Source: SAR202 cluster bacterium
Lineage (GTDB): Bacteria > Chloroflexota > Dehalococcoidia > Lucifugimonadales > UBA3495
Direction: 5' to 3'
Assembly: GCA_016872385.1 (NCBI GenBank)
Contig: VGZV01000006.1
Span: forward strand, 768 to 64,767
Length of the DNA: 64,000 bases
Numbering within the stretch: the stretch's first letter is position 1; each line of letters starts with the position of its first letter. A model generated the notes under the pieces. The model did no database searches and was not told where the DNA came from. It saw only the letters and a list, made by a program, of their open reading frames with translations. A program made the position numbers and the translations under genes. Positions 63,387 to 64,000 of the stretch are shown here, in pieces.

Positions 63387-64000
63387 ATGCCGTTCTACAC
63401 TAAAGGCAATGTCCGCATTCACTATGAGGAAGCAGGGTCCGGGTTTCCGCTTTTGCTCATCCCCGGCGGCGGCTTGAACTCCAAAATCAGCAACTGGCCC
63501 ACTCAAGTCTTTAATGCAATGGATGAGTTCAAGAACGAGTTTCGCTGCATTACCATGGACCAGCGCAACGCCATTGGCGGCGAGTCCACTGGGCCAGTCC
63601 CGGTGGATGATCCGTGGGGGGCCTTTGCCGCCGACCAACTGGGGCTGATGAACCATCTGGGCATCCGGAAGTTTGGGTTCATCGGCTTTTGTATTGGCGG
63701 CCCCTTTGCCCTCAAGCTCATTGAAGGGGCCCCAGACCGGGTTGTGGCCGCTGTGCTGTGCCAGCCGGTGGGACACAACAAGAAGTTTCCTGATTCTATG
63801 TACAACTCAGGCCACGATAACTGGGCGCCAGAACTGTTGGCCCAGCGTACTGACGTGACCATGCCGACTCTGGAGAAATACCTGCATAACCTCTACCGTA
63901 CCCGGCCCGGGTTTGTGTACAGTGTCACCCGCGATTTTGTCCGTTCATGCCAGACACCCCTGCTGGTCATGCCTGACGACACCCCGTCCCATTCCTACGA
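63387..64000 (+). CDS. Alpha/beta-hydrolase-fold protein, N-terminal part (3' end outside window)
   Basis: Absent from the ORF track because no stop codon is reached. ATG at 63387 preceded by AGGAGA. My translation is open to the window end (MPFYTKGNVRIHYEEAGSGFPLLLIPGGG...FGFIGFCIGGPFA...). The nucleophile elbow reads G-F-C-I-G-G. Confidence 0.7.
   Translation, partial: MPFYTKGNVRIHYEEAGSGFPLLLIPGGGLNSKISNWPTQVFNAMDEFKNEFRCITMDQRNAIGGESTGPVPVDDPWGAFAADQLGLMNHLGIRKFGFIGFCIGGPFALKLIEGAPDRVVAAVLCQPVGHNKKFPDSMYNSGHDNWAPELLAQRTDVTMPTLEKYLHNLYRTRPGFVYSVTRDFVRSCQTPLLVMPDDTPSHSY

Overview
A 64-kb high-GC chromosomal segment, probably from a Chloroflexota-type bacterium. The taxon is an inference from three things: a giant Chlor_Arch_YYY/DUF2298 membrane protein, an 11-gene nuoABCDHIJKLMN operon without nuoEFG, and many LLM, amidohydrolase and acyl-CoA dehydrogenase genes. 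Most of the window is housekeeping: tRNA-Ala, tRNA-Thr-like and tRNA-Ser; the complex I operon (9.9-20.8 kb); eno, gap, pheA, leuS, aroA, folD and queA. A cobalamin riboswitch with its own promoter and terminator precedes an anaerobic-type cbiC-cbiX-cbiD-cbiT-cbiL-cbiF-cbiG cluster (39.0-46.4 kb). The best candidate for an undescribed system is a ~1.9-kb low-GC block wedged between leuS and aroA (35.55-37.49 kb). It carries two translationally coupled genes, an ABC/SMC-type ATPase and a DUF4276-like (Toprim-like) protein. This resembles split OLD/PARIS/AbiL-type defence modules. The second striking feature is a dense population of miniature palindromic repeats in at least six families. Two families (F, ~133 bp; G, 131 bp) have perfect 10-11-bp target-site duplications and sit at fixed spacing just upstream of -35 hexamers. 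Other families lie in frame inside long ORFs without breaking them: an acyl-CoA dehydrogenase, four sites in the 1582-aa DUF2298 protein, and the 5' ends of cbiX and cbiT. Other anomalies: a tRNA-Thr(GGU)-like gene whose acceptor stem cannot pair because its 3' 35 nt are identical to the neighbouring tRNA-Ala; a sulfide:quinone-reductase-like gene with two homopolymer frameshifts; a frameshifted lipoprotein SBP with a 4x24-bp tandem repeat; a HicB-like ORF splitting nuoC from nuoD; and a 1332-aa surface protein with ten IPT/TIG-like repeats, one TM helix and an unassigned cytoplasmic domain. No CRISPR array, integrase, transposase or rRNA was seen.
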